A stretch of DNA of 64,000 nt from the IMG/VR virus record IMGVR_UViG_3300028805_000046, positions 120,672 to 184,671 of that record. One strand, 5' to 3'. The position numbers and the translations under genes are program-made. The stretch is from a virus (Duplodnaviria > Caudoviricetes). Below are positions 42,439 through 51,656 of this stretch, in pieces (position 1 is the first letter of the stretch; the number at the start of each line of letters is the position of its first letter). The notes under the pieces are model-generated. The model made no database searches and had not been told where the DNA came from. It saw nothing but the letters and a program-made list of their open reading frames with translations.

Positions 42439-42720
42439 TTAAAAGTCATGATAGATCTGAACAAGGAATTTTCCAAGTTCGTTAGCGCTTTGGCCTTCTT
42501 CAAACATCTTGAAGATTTCTTGGAACGCTGCCTTGATAGCGCCATTCATGTATTCAGGCTGGTAGCCTTCATCTTCAAAGTATTTCTTGATTTCTTCAAC
42601 AGCCTTCTTATAGCCAACTGAAAGCCAAGGCACGAATGATTCATACGCTCCGCCTTCCTTTAGCAGCTTGGCGCCAGCTTCCTGCAGCTTATTGACTGCT
42701 TCATTCAATTCCATTTTCAT
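42439..42720 (-). CDS. Putative internal head protein
   Basis: Same MKMELNEAV N-terminus. Confidence 0.5.
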   Translation of the reverse strand: MKMELNEAVNKLQEAGAKLLKEGGAYESFVPWLSVGYKKAVEEIKKYFEDEGYQPEYMNGAIKAAFQEIFKMFEEGQSANELGKFLVQIYHDF

Positions 42721-43313
42721 TTTCCAAACTCCTTATATGTCACGCCATTGTCAAGCGAGATAAGATACTTTTTCCTTGTTTTATTTATACATTCCCTGAC
42801 TGTTTCCGAAGCGAAGATCTCATTCCAGCTGTTGCCAAGATGAATCCATTCAGCGCCAGTCGCCGGGTTCTTTTCATAAATGATCTGTCCAAAGGTGAGT
42901 CCGCCGTTGATGTCAAGTTCAACCAGCTTCTCGAACACTTGTCTCAAAGTCAAAGTACAGTTCTTCACTCTGATGTCTGCAGCTCCCAAAGTCGGCTTGC
43001 CGTCTATCTGGACTCCACAGAAATGGTCAGAAGTCTTTGATGGATGGTAGCCTTTAGCCAAGAGCCTCTGGTAGTCCTCCATTGTTCTAACTCCTGATGT
43101 AATCTGGATAGAGACCATCTTGCCTCTCTTCGCGTATCCCATGTTAAGAACGTCTCGCAAGTACTGCAGCTTCTTCGCAAGCATCTCGACAAGACATTCC
43201 TGGTAAGGAGTCAAGTCATTCTTACTAAACTCCTTCAATCTAAAATTTGCTGTCAACTGTCTATCTTTCATCTTTTCTCTCCTAGTTGAGTCCTTTCCAG
43301 AAGTCAGACCCAA
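42717..43313 (-). CDS. Peptidase M15A endolysin-like protein; real start probably the downstream MKDRQ
   Basis: LTANF.L.EF, ITSG.R, SDH..G..AADI, WIH. Confidence 0.8.
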   Translation of the reverse strand: MGLTSGKDSTRREKMKDRQLTANFRLKEFSKNDLTPYQECLVEMLAKKLQYLRDVLNMGYAKRGKMVSIQITSGVRTMEDYQRLLAKGYHPSKTSDHFCGVQIDGKPTLGAADIRVKNCTLTLRQVFEKLVELDINGGLTFGQIIYEKNPATGAEWIHLGNSWNEIFASETVRECINKTRKKYLISLDNGVTYKEFGK

Positions 43314-44418
43314 GCTGCGCCGACACGCCCATCACATCCATGTAGATAGGAGGCGGAAGCTCAGTGTCTTCGCCGGCGCTCATTGCAAGTCCCTTAGTTC
43401 CACCACCTGGCGTCATTCCTTCCAAGTCCACTTCCGGCTGAGTCAAGCAGTAGCAAGCCCAGTACAAAGCAGACACCAAGTCATCGTGCTTTCCCGATGC
43501 TCCTCTAAATACTTCCGGAGTCACTGCTTCAAATCTTGAAAGTTCGTCAATCGTGTCTGAATCAACGATAGTCAAATGACCTTTCTCGACCATGTTCTTC
43601 AGTATTCGGCATGCGTCAAGCTTAGTGTCTTTGCTTGCTTTCGTTCCAAGTTCTCCGTGCTTGTCAGTAGAAATCATGCTACCATTTCCAATGTCATAGA
43701 TCAGCGCTTCTGCCACGCTTCTGCCAATTCCGTTATTCTCAATAATGTACTGTGCATCGTTATACATCTTGCTGATGTCATCAACGACGTACGCAAAGTC
43801 TTCCGCTTTAATCGTATTGCAGTGGTACGCTGCCACTTGACGATATCGTTTCTTTCCTTCAACTTTCAGCACTTGCACTGCAGAATAGTCGCCTGCGTTA
43901 CCCATAGCGCTATCCACTCCCATGACGTACAAAGCGCCCCTCTTCGGCTCCTCATACACTGTCATACAGTATCCATACTTCCAGTCTATCGGCTCCACGC
44001 TCGTCATCTTATCTAGCCACTTACCATCAATCAAAGTCTCTGCAGATCCAAGGAATGAACAGTTATGATGGTCAAAAGACCCGCTCATGTACTCTCCGCC
44101 ACCAACTGCGACTGGGGTAAACACGAACTTTTCACCAATACAGTCAATCTTAGTGACAGCCCAGTCCCCCGTTTTCCCATCTTTTTTTCCGGCGTACAAC
44201 TTGTCTCCAACTACCAACTTGTCTAGCCTCTTCCATTCCAATTCCCCGTCTATATTCCAGACCTTCACTCGATGATCCTCACTTCCTGAGACCATCGTCT
44301 TCCCCCTTTTCTCACTTTTCGCCCCTATCGTATATTCCAATTCTATACGATAACAATTACTTTTCTTTCTCAGAACTCCTTCAAATTCCTTGAAACCACC
44401 TCTAGTCAATATTTTCAT
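43282..44418 (-). CDS. Terminase large subunit gp17, C-terminal (nuclease) half, preceded by a split intein C-fragment
   Basis: CSFLGS..LI, YVMGVDSAMG..DYS, IENNGIG, HDDLV (RNase H-like terminase nuclease); no ATPase domain. Confidence 0.9.
   Translation of the reverse strand: MKILTRGGFKEFEGVLRKKSNCYRIELEYTIGAKSEKRGKTMVSGSEDHRVKVWNIDGELEWKRLDKLVVGDKLYAGKKDGKTGDWAVTKIDCIGEKFVFTPVAVGGGEYMSGSFDHHNCSFLGSAETLIDGKWLDKMTSVEPIDWKYGYCMTVYEEPKRGALYVMGVDSAMGNAGDYSAVQVLKVEGKKRYRQVAAYHCNTIKAEDFAYVVDDISKMYNDAQYIIENNGIGRSVAEALIYDIGNGSMISTDKHGELGTKASKDTKLDACRILKNMVEKGHLTIVDSDTIDELSRFEAVTPEVFRGASGKHDDLVSALYWACYCLTQPEVDLEGMTPGGGTKGLAMSAGEDTELPPPIYMDVMGVSAQLGSDFWKGLN
44062..44418 (-). mobile_element. Atypically split intein, C-fragment (119 aa)
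   Basis: KILTRGGF..F.G start, block B SEDH, L.VGD, terminal HHN followed by Cys+1; lacks block A Cys1; resembles the AceL-TerL IntC. Confidence 0.88.
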
Positions 44419-44825
44419 ATCAATTTTCCTTTTTACTTTTTATATACTATCTATATCCAATTTATTAACTATTTGTCAACATTCCTTATTTCTATCTATT
44501 TCAATATATCTACTAATCGTCTCCTTCATACTTTCTCAATTTCTTTCTACTACCCCAAATAATCAATGGTAGTCAAACAGATGAGTCTGCAGACGTTTCA
44601 TTTGATTATACGGGAAATCCGGCTATTTGCTCGAGGCTCTCGAGCTTTCCTCACTTCCATCATACCTACTGCCGAGCTTTCTTGCCGTATCCTTTCTATT
44701 CTTATTGGTCTGTCCTGAAGTCAGCAGAGAATTTTCTCCTCAAGTCCTCAAGAAAAATCTTTGCGAAACTGACACTTCAGTGACAAAAGATAAAGAAACG
44801 CATAATTTTACATATTAACTTGTTT

Positions 44826-45020
44826 ATACCTATTCCATCCCTAGGGGAAATTGCATAAATTTCATCAAAAAACGTCATTTTATAGTATATAAGTTAAAAA
44901 ATCGTCATAAATGTCACAAAATGACTTGCAAAATGTAAAAAATACGTAGAAATGTAAAATATTTCTATTCCACCCCTATAGAATAGTACATAAATTTCGT
45001 CAAAAAACGTCATTTCTTAT
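44826..45020. repeat. Imperfect direct repeat of about 55 bp at the strand-switch junction
   Basis: CTATTCCA.CCCTA..CATAAATTTC.TCAAAAAACGTCATTT occurs at about 44830 and about 44965. Confidence 0.7.
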
Positions 45021-45067
45021 AGAACTTGTTTTGAATGTAAACTTTTAGGTATTTTCATGACTACCAA

Positions 45068-45104
45068 TTGCCAGCATAGTAGAAATTTGTTATATTTACT
45101 ACGT
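45068..45104 (+). promoter_or_regulatory. Early promoter, TTGCCA-N17-TATATT-(t)aCTACGT family (copy 1 of 8)
   Basis: Sigma70-like -35/-10 with TGn extension and a conserved CTACGT. Confidence 0.8.
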
Positions 45105-45119
45105 AATTGAAATTGGAGA

Positions 45120-45557
45120 TTGAATATGGACGAAAAGAAACTGAAACTCTGCGCTGCTTCCTACGACGTGCTTACCCCCATCACTCTCATGACTAACTAC
45201 TATGGTCCCGTAGACTTTGAGATGGTGACTTGCGCTAACCCCTATGACGGGTTTGACACTATCAGGCTGCATAACGAGTTTGCGTCTGTGTTAGTAATCG
45301 TCCAGCGTGACTACATCGTTAAGAATGAAGAAGAAACGCCGAATCCGCGTGCTGGAAAGGTCACTGCTCAGGCTAAGCTCTTGAACGTCCCTGGCGTCTT
45401 TGACAAGCAAGACTCGAAGTACTTGAAAGGCACTCTTGAATGGAATAGCGCAAAGGATGTCAGCGGCGGAAAGCTTGTCGCTATGCTGCAGAAAGCCACG
45501 GAAATGCATAAGCGCATTTGGGAAATCTTCAATGAAACGATAACGGAAGGTTTGTAA
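45120..45557 (+). CDS. Early hypothetical protein
   Basis: ORF downstream of an early promoter with GGAG RBS. Confidence 0.6.
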   Translation: MNMDEKKLKLCAASYDVLTPITLMTNYYGPVDFEMVTCANPYDGFDTIRLHNEFASVLVIVQRDYIVKNEEETPNPRAGKVTAQAKLLNVPGVFDKQDSKYLKGTLEWNSAKDVSGGKLVAMLQKATEMHKRIWEIFNETITEGL

Positions 45558-45791
45558 ATGTTTGCTGTAGTAACAAGACTTAAACGAAAGGATGGTCAAG
45601 ACTGCTATCTTGTCTATGAAGAAGGCTTTGAGACTGAGGAAGCAGCAGACCAATGGATTGAAGAGAACTGTGGCGTTGGGAGCTATCAGTTTACTTCTAT
45701 TGATCTTGACTTATACAGAACTTGGACTGAAAAGAACTCGTTTGGCGATGACGTAAAGTACGCTAGCATTTTCCGAGATGGAGCTGACTGA
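45558..45791 (+). CDS. Early hypothetical protein
   Basis: 77-aa ORF, translationally coupled. Confidence 0.55.
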   Translation: MFAVVTRLKRKDGQDCYLVYEEGFETEEAADQWIEENCGVGSYQFTSIDLDLYRTWTEKNSFGDDVKYASIFRDGAD

Positions 45792-46237
45792 TGAAATTGA
45801 CGCGCAGAATGCTTAGTATGCTCAGCGCTATCAAGCTGGTAGTGACGCCGAAGCATGGAACTGAATGGATGACGAAAGAAGCGTTACAGGAGTTCTGTGA
45901 CTCCCGTGGATGGATCGTTGACTTTATGGACGGGGAGATGTACCAGACGCCGTATGGAACTATCAGGCTCCAGCACCCGGCGATCATTGAAGGAAGTGCG
46001 ATTGTGTGCTTCTTGAGCAGGGCGAAGTGCGGAAAATGGTTTATCAGTGAACGATTCCTCAGAGTTGACTGTGCTGATGGAAAGTGTAAGATCGCGTCAG
46101 ACGTAATTGAAGTACAGGACAGATCTTTTGAAGGTCTTGAACAGATAGTTAAAGAAATGTTTGCTCGCATCAACAGCTACGTGAACTCCTTTAAGGCTGA
46201 AAAGATCAAGGAAGCCGCTCAAGGTTTTGTATGCTAG
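45791..46237 (+). CDS. Early hypothetical protein
   Basis: 148 aa; C-terminal KIKEAA motif. Confidence 0.55.
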   Translation: MKLTRRMLSMLSAIKLVVTPKHGTEWMTKEALQEFCDSRGWIVDFMDGEMYQTPYGTIRLQHPAIIEGSAIVCFLSRAKCGKWFISERFLRVDCADGKCKIASDVIEVQDRSFEGLEQIVKEMFARINSYVNSFKAEKIKEAAQGFVC

Positions 46238-46743
46238 TGAATGTAAAGAAAGAAGACTTCTATTACTCCGAAGACGAGATCAAGCAGCTCGCATTGAATT
46301 TTGGTCTGAATGCAGTATTAGAGAAAACGGCGCTGAAGTATTACGCCTTCATGCTTTTCACCCAGAATGAGCATTTCTATGCTGGACTTACAGACAGGCT
46401 AGTGATGTCTTTCATCCGTCACTCAAAGTACAAAAGCATCTATCTGGCGAATGAAGCGTTTCCTAACTTCTATGCTTATAATGTGAACATGCCATATCAC
46501 CTGCTGTACACAAAAGAAGCAGGCGATATTGAGGCCCCCTGTTATGTAGAAAAAGTACTTCCAAAGTGGACGCTTGCCAATACAGATCCTTTCTTAAAGA
46601 AGATGTTTGATAACCAGGAGCAGATTCTGCGGAAAACTGAGGTAACCCGGGTTTTAGGCGAATTTACGAGAAATGTAAACTTGCATTTACAGAAAGGAAA
46701 AATCGCCAAAATTAAGGAGGCCGCAGAACAATACAGCACGTAG
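46231..46743 (+). CDS. Early hypothetical protein
   Basis: 170 aa; C-terminal KIKEAA motif. Confidence 0.55.
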   Translation: MLVNVKKEDFYYSEDEIKQLALNFGLNAVLEKTALKYYAFMLFTQNEHFYAGLTDRLVMSFIRHSKYKSIYLANEAFPNFYAYNVNMPYHLLYTKEAGDIEAPCYVEKVLPKWTLANTDPFLKKMFDNQEQILRKTEVTRVLGEFTRNVNLHLQKGKIAKIKEAAEQYST

Positions 46744-46812
46744 CGTACGTGGGAATCTCAGACGACTTCGTCAAAAAGTGTAATATTTCTTAAATTTTGC
46801 CCCCAAATGGGG

Positions 46813-46849
46813 TTGCCAACTATAGGAAAAATTGTTAAATTATCTACGT
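46813..46849 (+). promoter_or_regulatory. Early promoter, copy 2
   Basis: TTGCCA-N17-TAAATT..CTACGT. Confidence 0.8.
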
Positions 46850-46873
46850 TGGAAATTGATTTAAGGAGTTACT

Positions 46874-47254
46874 ATGGAAAAGATCGCTGCTGCTATTACC
46901 CGCGCCATTCGCGCAGAAAACGCTTCTCTCATGACTAACGCTTGCTGGCAGGACTACGCCATTGACGCGGATATTGACCCGCAGGAAACTCCGATCATTT
47001 GGTTTGACGTGATTAAGTGCAAAGACAATGATGGCTCTATGCATGCCTATCAGAATCTTTCGCTTCGTGTCGCCATTCAGATCAAAGGAAGCGCTTGGCG
47101 CATGCTTATCAATAACTTCCAGTCTGGATCTTTTGACCATCGCTTCATGCTTGCAAACAGCGATGACAAGGACAGCGGAATCACCGTTGTTGACTACACG
47201 AAGAAAATCGCTTCCAAGATTGTCAAAGAATTTGGCGAACACTTCGCTGCTTAA
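46874..47254 (+). CDS. Early hypothetical protein
   Basis: AAGGAG RBS. Confidence 0.6.
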   Translation: MEKIAAAITRAIRAENASLMTNACWQDYAIDADIDPQETPIIWFDVIKCKDNDGSMHAYQNLSLRVAIQIKGSAWRMLINNFQSGSFDHRFMLANSDDKDSGITVVDYTKKIASKIVKEFGEHFAA

Positions 47255-47266
47255 GGAGATTTTACA

Positions 47267-47752
47267 ATGAACTACGAATGCGTCTCTACTACTGGTACTA
47301 TTTCTGCTACTGCTTACGGCGAATGCCACTCCACGAACGAATGGTACCACATTATCCGCGACATCAGCTCCGGCGATGCGAAGCAGTGGAAGAACGTCGT
47401 CACTACTTTCAAGCAGTACATCGCTTCCGGCGAACTGGTGAAGTCCAAGAAGGCCGTCACTGGATCTGTTCCTGCTGAAAAGAAGACGAAGGCTGCTTGC
47501 GCTGAAAAGATCAAGGAAGCGGTGACGCCGAAGGCAAAGCCTTCTGTCGCTACTCCGATTAAGTATCAAGTCGCTGACATGGAAGACACTCGTATCTGGG
47601 GTCTCAAGCGTAAGACTTTCCTTTCTGAAAAGGAACGCGAAGAGTTTATTGCAGAAATCAAGGCTGACAAGAATATGTCCTTTGTTTCTAAGGGCTGGGA
47701 CATCGGTGGAAAATTGACTGTCACTTTTTGGGAAGTCAGCGATGGAGAATGA
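47267..47752 (+). CDS. Early hypothetical protein
   Basis: AAGGAG RBS. Confidence 0.6.
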   Translation: MNYECVSTTGTISATAYGECHSTNEWYHIIRDISSGDAKQWKNVVTTFKQYIASGELVKSKKAVTGSVPAEKKTKAACAEKIKEAVTPKAKPSVATPIKYQVADMEDTRIWGLKRKTFLSEKEREEFIAEIKADKNMSFVSKGWDIGGKLTVTFWEVSDGE

Positions 47753-48368
47753 GTTTGATTATTATCCTAGAACGATTGAGGAAAGTATGTCTTGGCTAGC
47801 TGCACTTGATGGTATCGCAACAATAATGAAAGAAACGACGTCAAACGTCGCCTGGGGTTTTACGCCTGATTATTGGTTTCGTTTTGAACATGTGTCCAAT
47901 AATGCTTTAGACCAATGGAATCTGTTGCCGTTTCATAAGACGAAACAGTCAACGCTTTTAGACTTCTATGGCGTTAAATGCAACACGGATAAGTTCTGGA
48001 AGGAAGAGTTTGCGCCGCTGTATGAAAAGTACGTCGGACAGAGTTTCTTTGATGGCTATGCAGATGATTTGTCGGTATTGATTGACAACTACCTGAATAT
48101 AGCGATCTTAAAGCCGAGAATCAGTCAGAAGCGGGAAGACACGCTTTTTCCCTGGGGTTGCGAGTTAAAATGGTTTTCTTACAGAGAAAAGAAAAAGGAG
48201 CTCGGACGTACAGGCGATTATGAACCAATGGTGTTCAACGCTTTGATGGCTGATGTAACCGCGGAAAGAGACTATGCACTGAACGCTTTCAGACAGTACA
48301 AGAATGCTCTTAACAACTACTTCAAGACCCTTGAAACCGTAAAATCTGGTTTTGAGTTCAGGACATAA
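47742..48368 (+). CDS. Early hypothetical protein
   Basis: 208-aa ORF. Confidence 0.55.
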   Translation: MENEFDYYPRTIEESMSWLAALDGIATIMKETTSNVAWGFTPDYWFRFEHVSNNALDQWNLLPFHKTKQSTLLDFYGVKCNTDKFWKEEFAPLYEKYVGQSFFDGYADDLSVLIDNYLNIAILKPRISQKREDTLFPWGCELKWFSYREKKKELGRTGDYEPMVFNALMADVTAERDYALNAFRQYKNALNNYFKTLETVKSGFEFRT

Positions 48369-48427
48369 GAATCTCAGACGACTTCGTCAATTGTGTAATA
48401 TTTCTTAAAAAAATCTCAATTTACCAA

Positions 48428-48464
48428 TTGCCAGTTTGTTTGAAAATTGTTAAATTTACTACGT
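48428..48464 (+). promoter_or_regulatory. Early promoter, copy 3
   Basis: TTGCCA-N17-TAAATT..CTACGT. Confidence 0.8.
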
Positions 48465-48512
48465 TGAAATTGATGGCGCTGCGGCGCCGATGGCAAAAAC
48501 TTTTAAAGGAGA

Positions 48513-49706
48513 TTGAACATGCCTAACTTTGCTCACACCCGTGAAACCCTCGTTGATATGTGCCCGGAACATACTCCGATGATTAGAGGTAAGCACGGTA
48601 TTGGTAAGACCGAATTGGTCAGACAGATTTGTAAGGAAGACTGGGGTGGACTTCGCTGCTGCGAACTTCAGGGCTCTCAGCTTTCAGACGTTGGTGACTT
48701 GATTGGCTTGATGGAAATTGTCACCATCCGTGATGAAAACGGCATTGAACATAAGGAATCTGCATGGGTTCCGCCTTACTGGTTCCCGAAGGACGGAAAG
48801 CCTTTCTGCCTCTTCTTGGACGAAATCAACCGTGCTGCTCCGCCTATCAAGCGTGCAATGATGCAGATCGGTAACGACCACCGTCTTTTGAACTTCGCAC
48901 TCCCGGAAGGCTCTCGCGTGATCTGCGCAGTGAACCCGAATGATGAGGGTGACTATGACGTTGAAGAATTTGACGAAGCAGAACAGGACCGCTTCTTCGA
49001 GATTGAACTTTCTCCGGACCATTCGGAAACGATGGACTTCTGGCGTAAGTCTCACGTGCTCTCGGTGATTATCGCTTATAACGAAGCAAACAAGGGCGAT
49101 ACTTATCCGAACGCTGCTAAGGAAGCAGCTAAGATTTCTACCAAGCGTAACGCTAACGGTAAGAAACAGCGTGGTCCGTCTCCGCGTTCTTGGTTCAAGC
49201 TTAACAAGGACATGCAGCGTGCTCTCGCTCGTAACCCACATGTTTATGATGGCCAGGAAGGCCGCAACCGCCTTGAAAACCTTGCTAAGGGTTGGGTTGG
49301 TCCGAACATCGCTGGACGCTTTGTGGAATTTTACAAGCAGCACGGCCTCGGATTGTCTCCGAAGGATATTCTTACTGCTCCGAAGTGGACCGCAGAACTC
49401 GACCACGAAATTGCGGAACTCTCCAAGTCTATCGCAGACACTATCCGCTTTGGCGAATCTGTCTGTGGTTGGATTATGGAACATGAAGACGAAATGCACA
49501 GCGGCAAAAAGATCACCGATTTCGGTAAGCTTCTTTCTCGCAACTTGAACGACTTCATGCACAAGATTCCGCCTGAATGCGCAGTTCAGCTCTCGTCCAC
49601 GCAGTTTGACAAGTACCGCAACACCCACGCTTGGGTCGGTATTGTTTCTGCTGCTTCGCCGGACTTGATGCAGTACCTCATCGAGTGCTCCAACACGAAC
49701 ACTTAA
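48513..49706 (+). CDS. MoxR-like AAA+ ATPase
   Basis: Walker A GKHGIGKT, Walker B LFLDEINRA, PPYWFP, A.NP, DRF, SPRSW. Confidence 0.88.
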   Translation: MNMPNFAHTRETLVDMCPEHTPMIRGKHGIGKTELVRQICKEDWGGLRCCELQGSQLSDVGDLIGLMEIVTIRDENGIEHKESAWVPPYWFPKDGKPFCLFLDEINRAAPPIKRAMMQIGNDHRLLNFALPEGSRVICAVNPNDEGDYDVEEFDEAEQDRFFEIELSPDHSETMDFWRKSHVLSVIIAYNEANKGDTYPNAAKEAAKISTKRNANGKKQRGPSPRSWFKLNKDMQRALARNPHVYDGQEGRNRLENLAKGWVGPNIAGRFVEFYKQHGLGLSPKDILTAPKWTAELDHEIAELSKSIADTIRFGESVCGWIMEHEDEMHSGKKITDFGKLLSRNLNDFMHKIPPECAVQLSSTQFDKYRNTHAWVGIVSAASPDLMQYLIECSNTNT

Positions 49707-49740
49707 TCAGTTTCAACCTCCGTTATAGATAGATAGAAAC

Positions 49741-49771
49741 AAAGCCTCCGGTGAAATATCCGGAGGCTTTT
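49741..49771 (+). terminator. Intrinsic terminator
   Basis: AAAGCCTCCGG/CCGGAGGCTTT stem. Confidence 0.8.
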
Positions 49772-49837
49772 CCGTCTTATTCTCAGACGACTTCGTCAAA
49801 AATGTGTAATATTTTTGATTTTTTCTTGATTTTTTAG

Positions 49838-49874
49838 TTGCCAGTTTAGTTGAAAATTGTTAAATTTACTACGT
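49838..49874 (+). promoter_or_regulatory. Early promoter, copy 4
   Basis: TTGCCA-N17-TAAATT..CTACGT. Confidence 0.8.
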
Positions 49875-49895
49875 ATTTGAAATTGAGGTTTACTT

Positions 49896-51653
49896 ATGGC
49901 TTTTAATCCACTTGCTATGCTTTCTCCGAAATCCGCTGCTCCTAAGAAGTCTTGGGACGAAGCTTGCGCTGACGCTTCCGTCATGGTCACTGAAGCTCTT
50001 AAGTTTTTGACAAATGAACCGGCCATCATGGCCTACTTCGGCCTGCTTGACTTGCGTCCAGTGAAGGACGAACAGGTCACTGTCCGACTCTCAACTAAGG
50101 GCGGCAACTCTGTCGCTGGCTTGGAGTACAACCCGTACTTCATCAACACTCTTGACGACCCGTCTGAGCTCGCACAGATTTTCTACGGCGAGTCGCTTCG
50201 TCTCGCTTTGCATCACTGCACGACTCGTTACATGAACCCGTGCGGCGTCAACATGCTTTCTTCAGATTTGATCTGCTTTGAAGACTTGCATATCCTTTCT
50301 CGCTGGAAAGATCCAGTCAAGCTCGCTGCTCCGCAGTTCCCGACGTACGCTCAGGTTAAGCCGGTGCTCGACAAGTACGGCTTTGACAAGTCCAAGCAGT
50401 GGATTCACGAACAGATTTTCAACTGCCTCTGCAAGGAAGCAAATGCGCAAAACCAACAGCGCAAAGAAAAGCTTGAAAAGATGTTGAAGGACGCTATGCA
50501 GCAAATGCAGAAGCAGCGCCAGCAACAGCAGCAGAAGAACGGTCAAGGCCAGAAAGATCAAAATCAGAATGGTCAAGGACAACAAGGCCAGGATGGTCAG
50601 CAACAAGACGGAAATCAACAGCAAGGCCAGGATGGTCAAGATCAGCAAGATCAACAAAACGGTCAAGGCCAGCAACAGCAACAGCAAGGTCAGGGTCAAG
50701 GACAAGATCAAAATCAATCCCAGGGCCAAGGCCAAGGTGACGGCAACGGCCAGTCTCAGGGTGACGGAAACGGACAGCAGGGTCAAGATCAGCAAGGTCA
50801 AGGCTCCGGCAACGGTGGTTCTCCTTCTGACGGATTGACTGACGAACAAGTCAAGGACTTGATGAACCAGATTGAAAACATCAAGCGTGACACGCCGGAC
50901 CTCCGTCAAAAGCCAAAGAGCCAGTCTCAAGCTGGTTCTGCGCTCGATCGTTACTTTGACAACAGCGAAGAGAACGGCCGCACGAAGTCTGAAAAGTGGG
51001 GAGAAAACGACTCGCTTGACGACAAGATTCAGGAAATCACCGAACACATCGCGGCTGACTCCTCTCGTTGGGGAAACGTCTCCGGTATGTTGAAGCAGAT
51101 GATTCTTGAAGCAAATGCGCCACGCTTTGACCCGACAACTGTTGTGAAGCACTTCAAGCAGGAAATTCAATCTGAACAGATGGAAAGCACTCGTTCTCGT
51201 CGTAACCGCCGTACTCCGTATCTTCCGGGCTGGCGTCACAAGATGAAGTCTTCTATCCTGTTCGCTATTGACTGTTCTGGTTCTATGAGCGATGATGATG
51301 TCGCTCTCGGCGAAGCATTCGTCAACAAGTTCATCAAGCACGCTCAAGTTTCTTACTGCTTCTGGGACGGTGTCTGTGGTGACATCACTGACCTCAAGCG
51401 CAAGGAAAAGGAATTTGAACTTATCGGCCGTGGCTGCACTAACCCGCAGTGCGTGCTTGACAAGTTGGAAGAAGAAGGACTCGACTACGGTGGAATCATC
51501 TTCTTCACTGACAACGGATTTAGCTGGGACCGTCCGAAGTCCAAGTGGGCCCGCAAGGTGTTCATCATCAGCACACACAATGCAGACGCTTGTCCGCCTT
51601 GGGTTCGCTACCACCTCTCTATGGACGACATCGAAGACTACAACAAGAGATAA
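49896..51653 (+). CDS. DUF2201-like peptidase-like/vWA protein with Q/G-rich linker
   Basis: YNP.F N-domain, MIDAS AIDCSGSMS, G.GCT and FFTD; partner of the MoxR ATPase. Confidence 0.82.
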   Translation: MAFNPLAMLSPKSAAPKKSWDEACADASVMVTEALKFLTNEPAIMAYFGLLDLRPVKDEQVTVRLSTKGGNSVAGLEYNPYFINTLDDPSELAQIFYGESLRLALHHCTTRYMNPCGVNMLSSDLICFEDLHILSRWKDPVKLAAPQFPTYAQVKPVLDKYGFDKSKQWIHEQIFNCLCKEANAQNQQRKEKLEKMLKDAMQQMQKQRQQQQQKNGQGQKDQNQNGQGQQGQDGQQQDGNQQQGQDGQDQQDQQNGQGQQQQQQGQGQGQDQNQSQGQGQGDGNGQSQGDGNGQQGQDQQGQGSGNGGSPSDGLTDEQVKDLMNQIENIKRDTPDLRQKPKSQSQAGSALDRYFDNSEENGRTKSEKWGENDSLDDKIQEITEHIAADSSRWGNVSGMLKQMILEANAPRFDPTTVVKHFKQEIQSEQMESTRSRRNRRTPYLPGWRHKMKSSILFAIDCSGSMSDDDVALGEAFVNKFIKHAQVSYCFWDGVCGDITDLKRKEKEFELIGRGCTNPQCVLDKLEEEGLDYGGIIFFTDNGFSWDRPKSKWARKVFIISTHNADACPPWVRYHLSMDDIEDYNKR

Positions 51654-51656
51654 GAT

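Noticed and set aside
44419-45119. N-terminal terminase half or IntN directly upstream of the IntC gene
   Set aside because: There is no minus-strand ORF with Walker motifs or intein block A; the region is non-coding.
50500-50820. Collagen-like or tandem DNA repeat
   Set aside because: It is an irregular Q/G low-complexity linker without G-X-Y periodicity.
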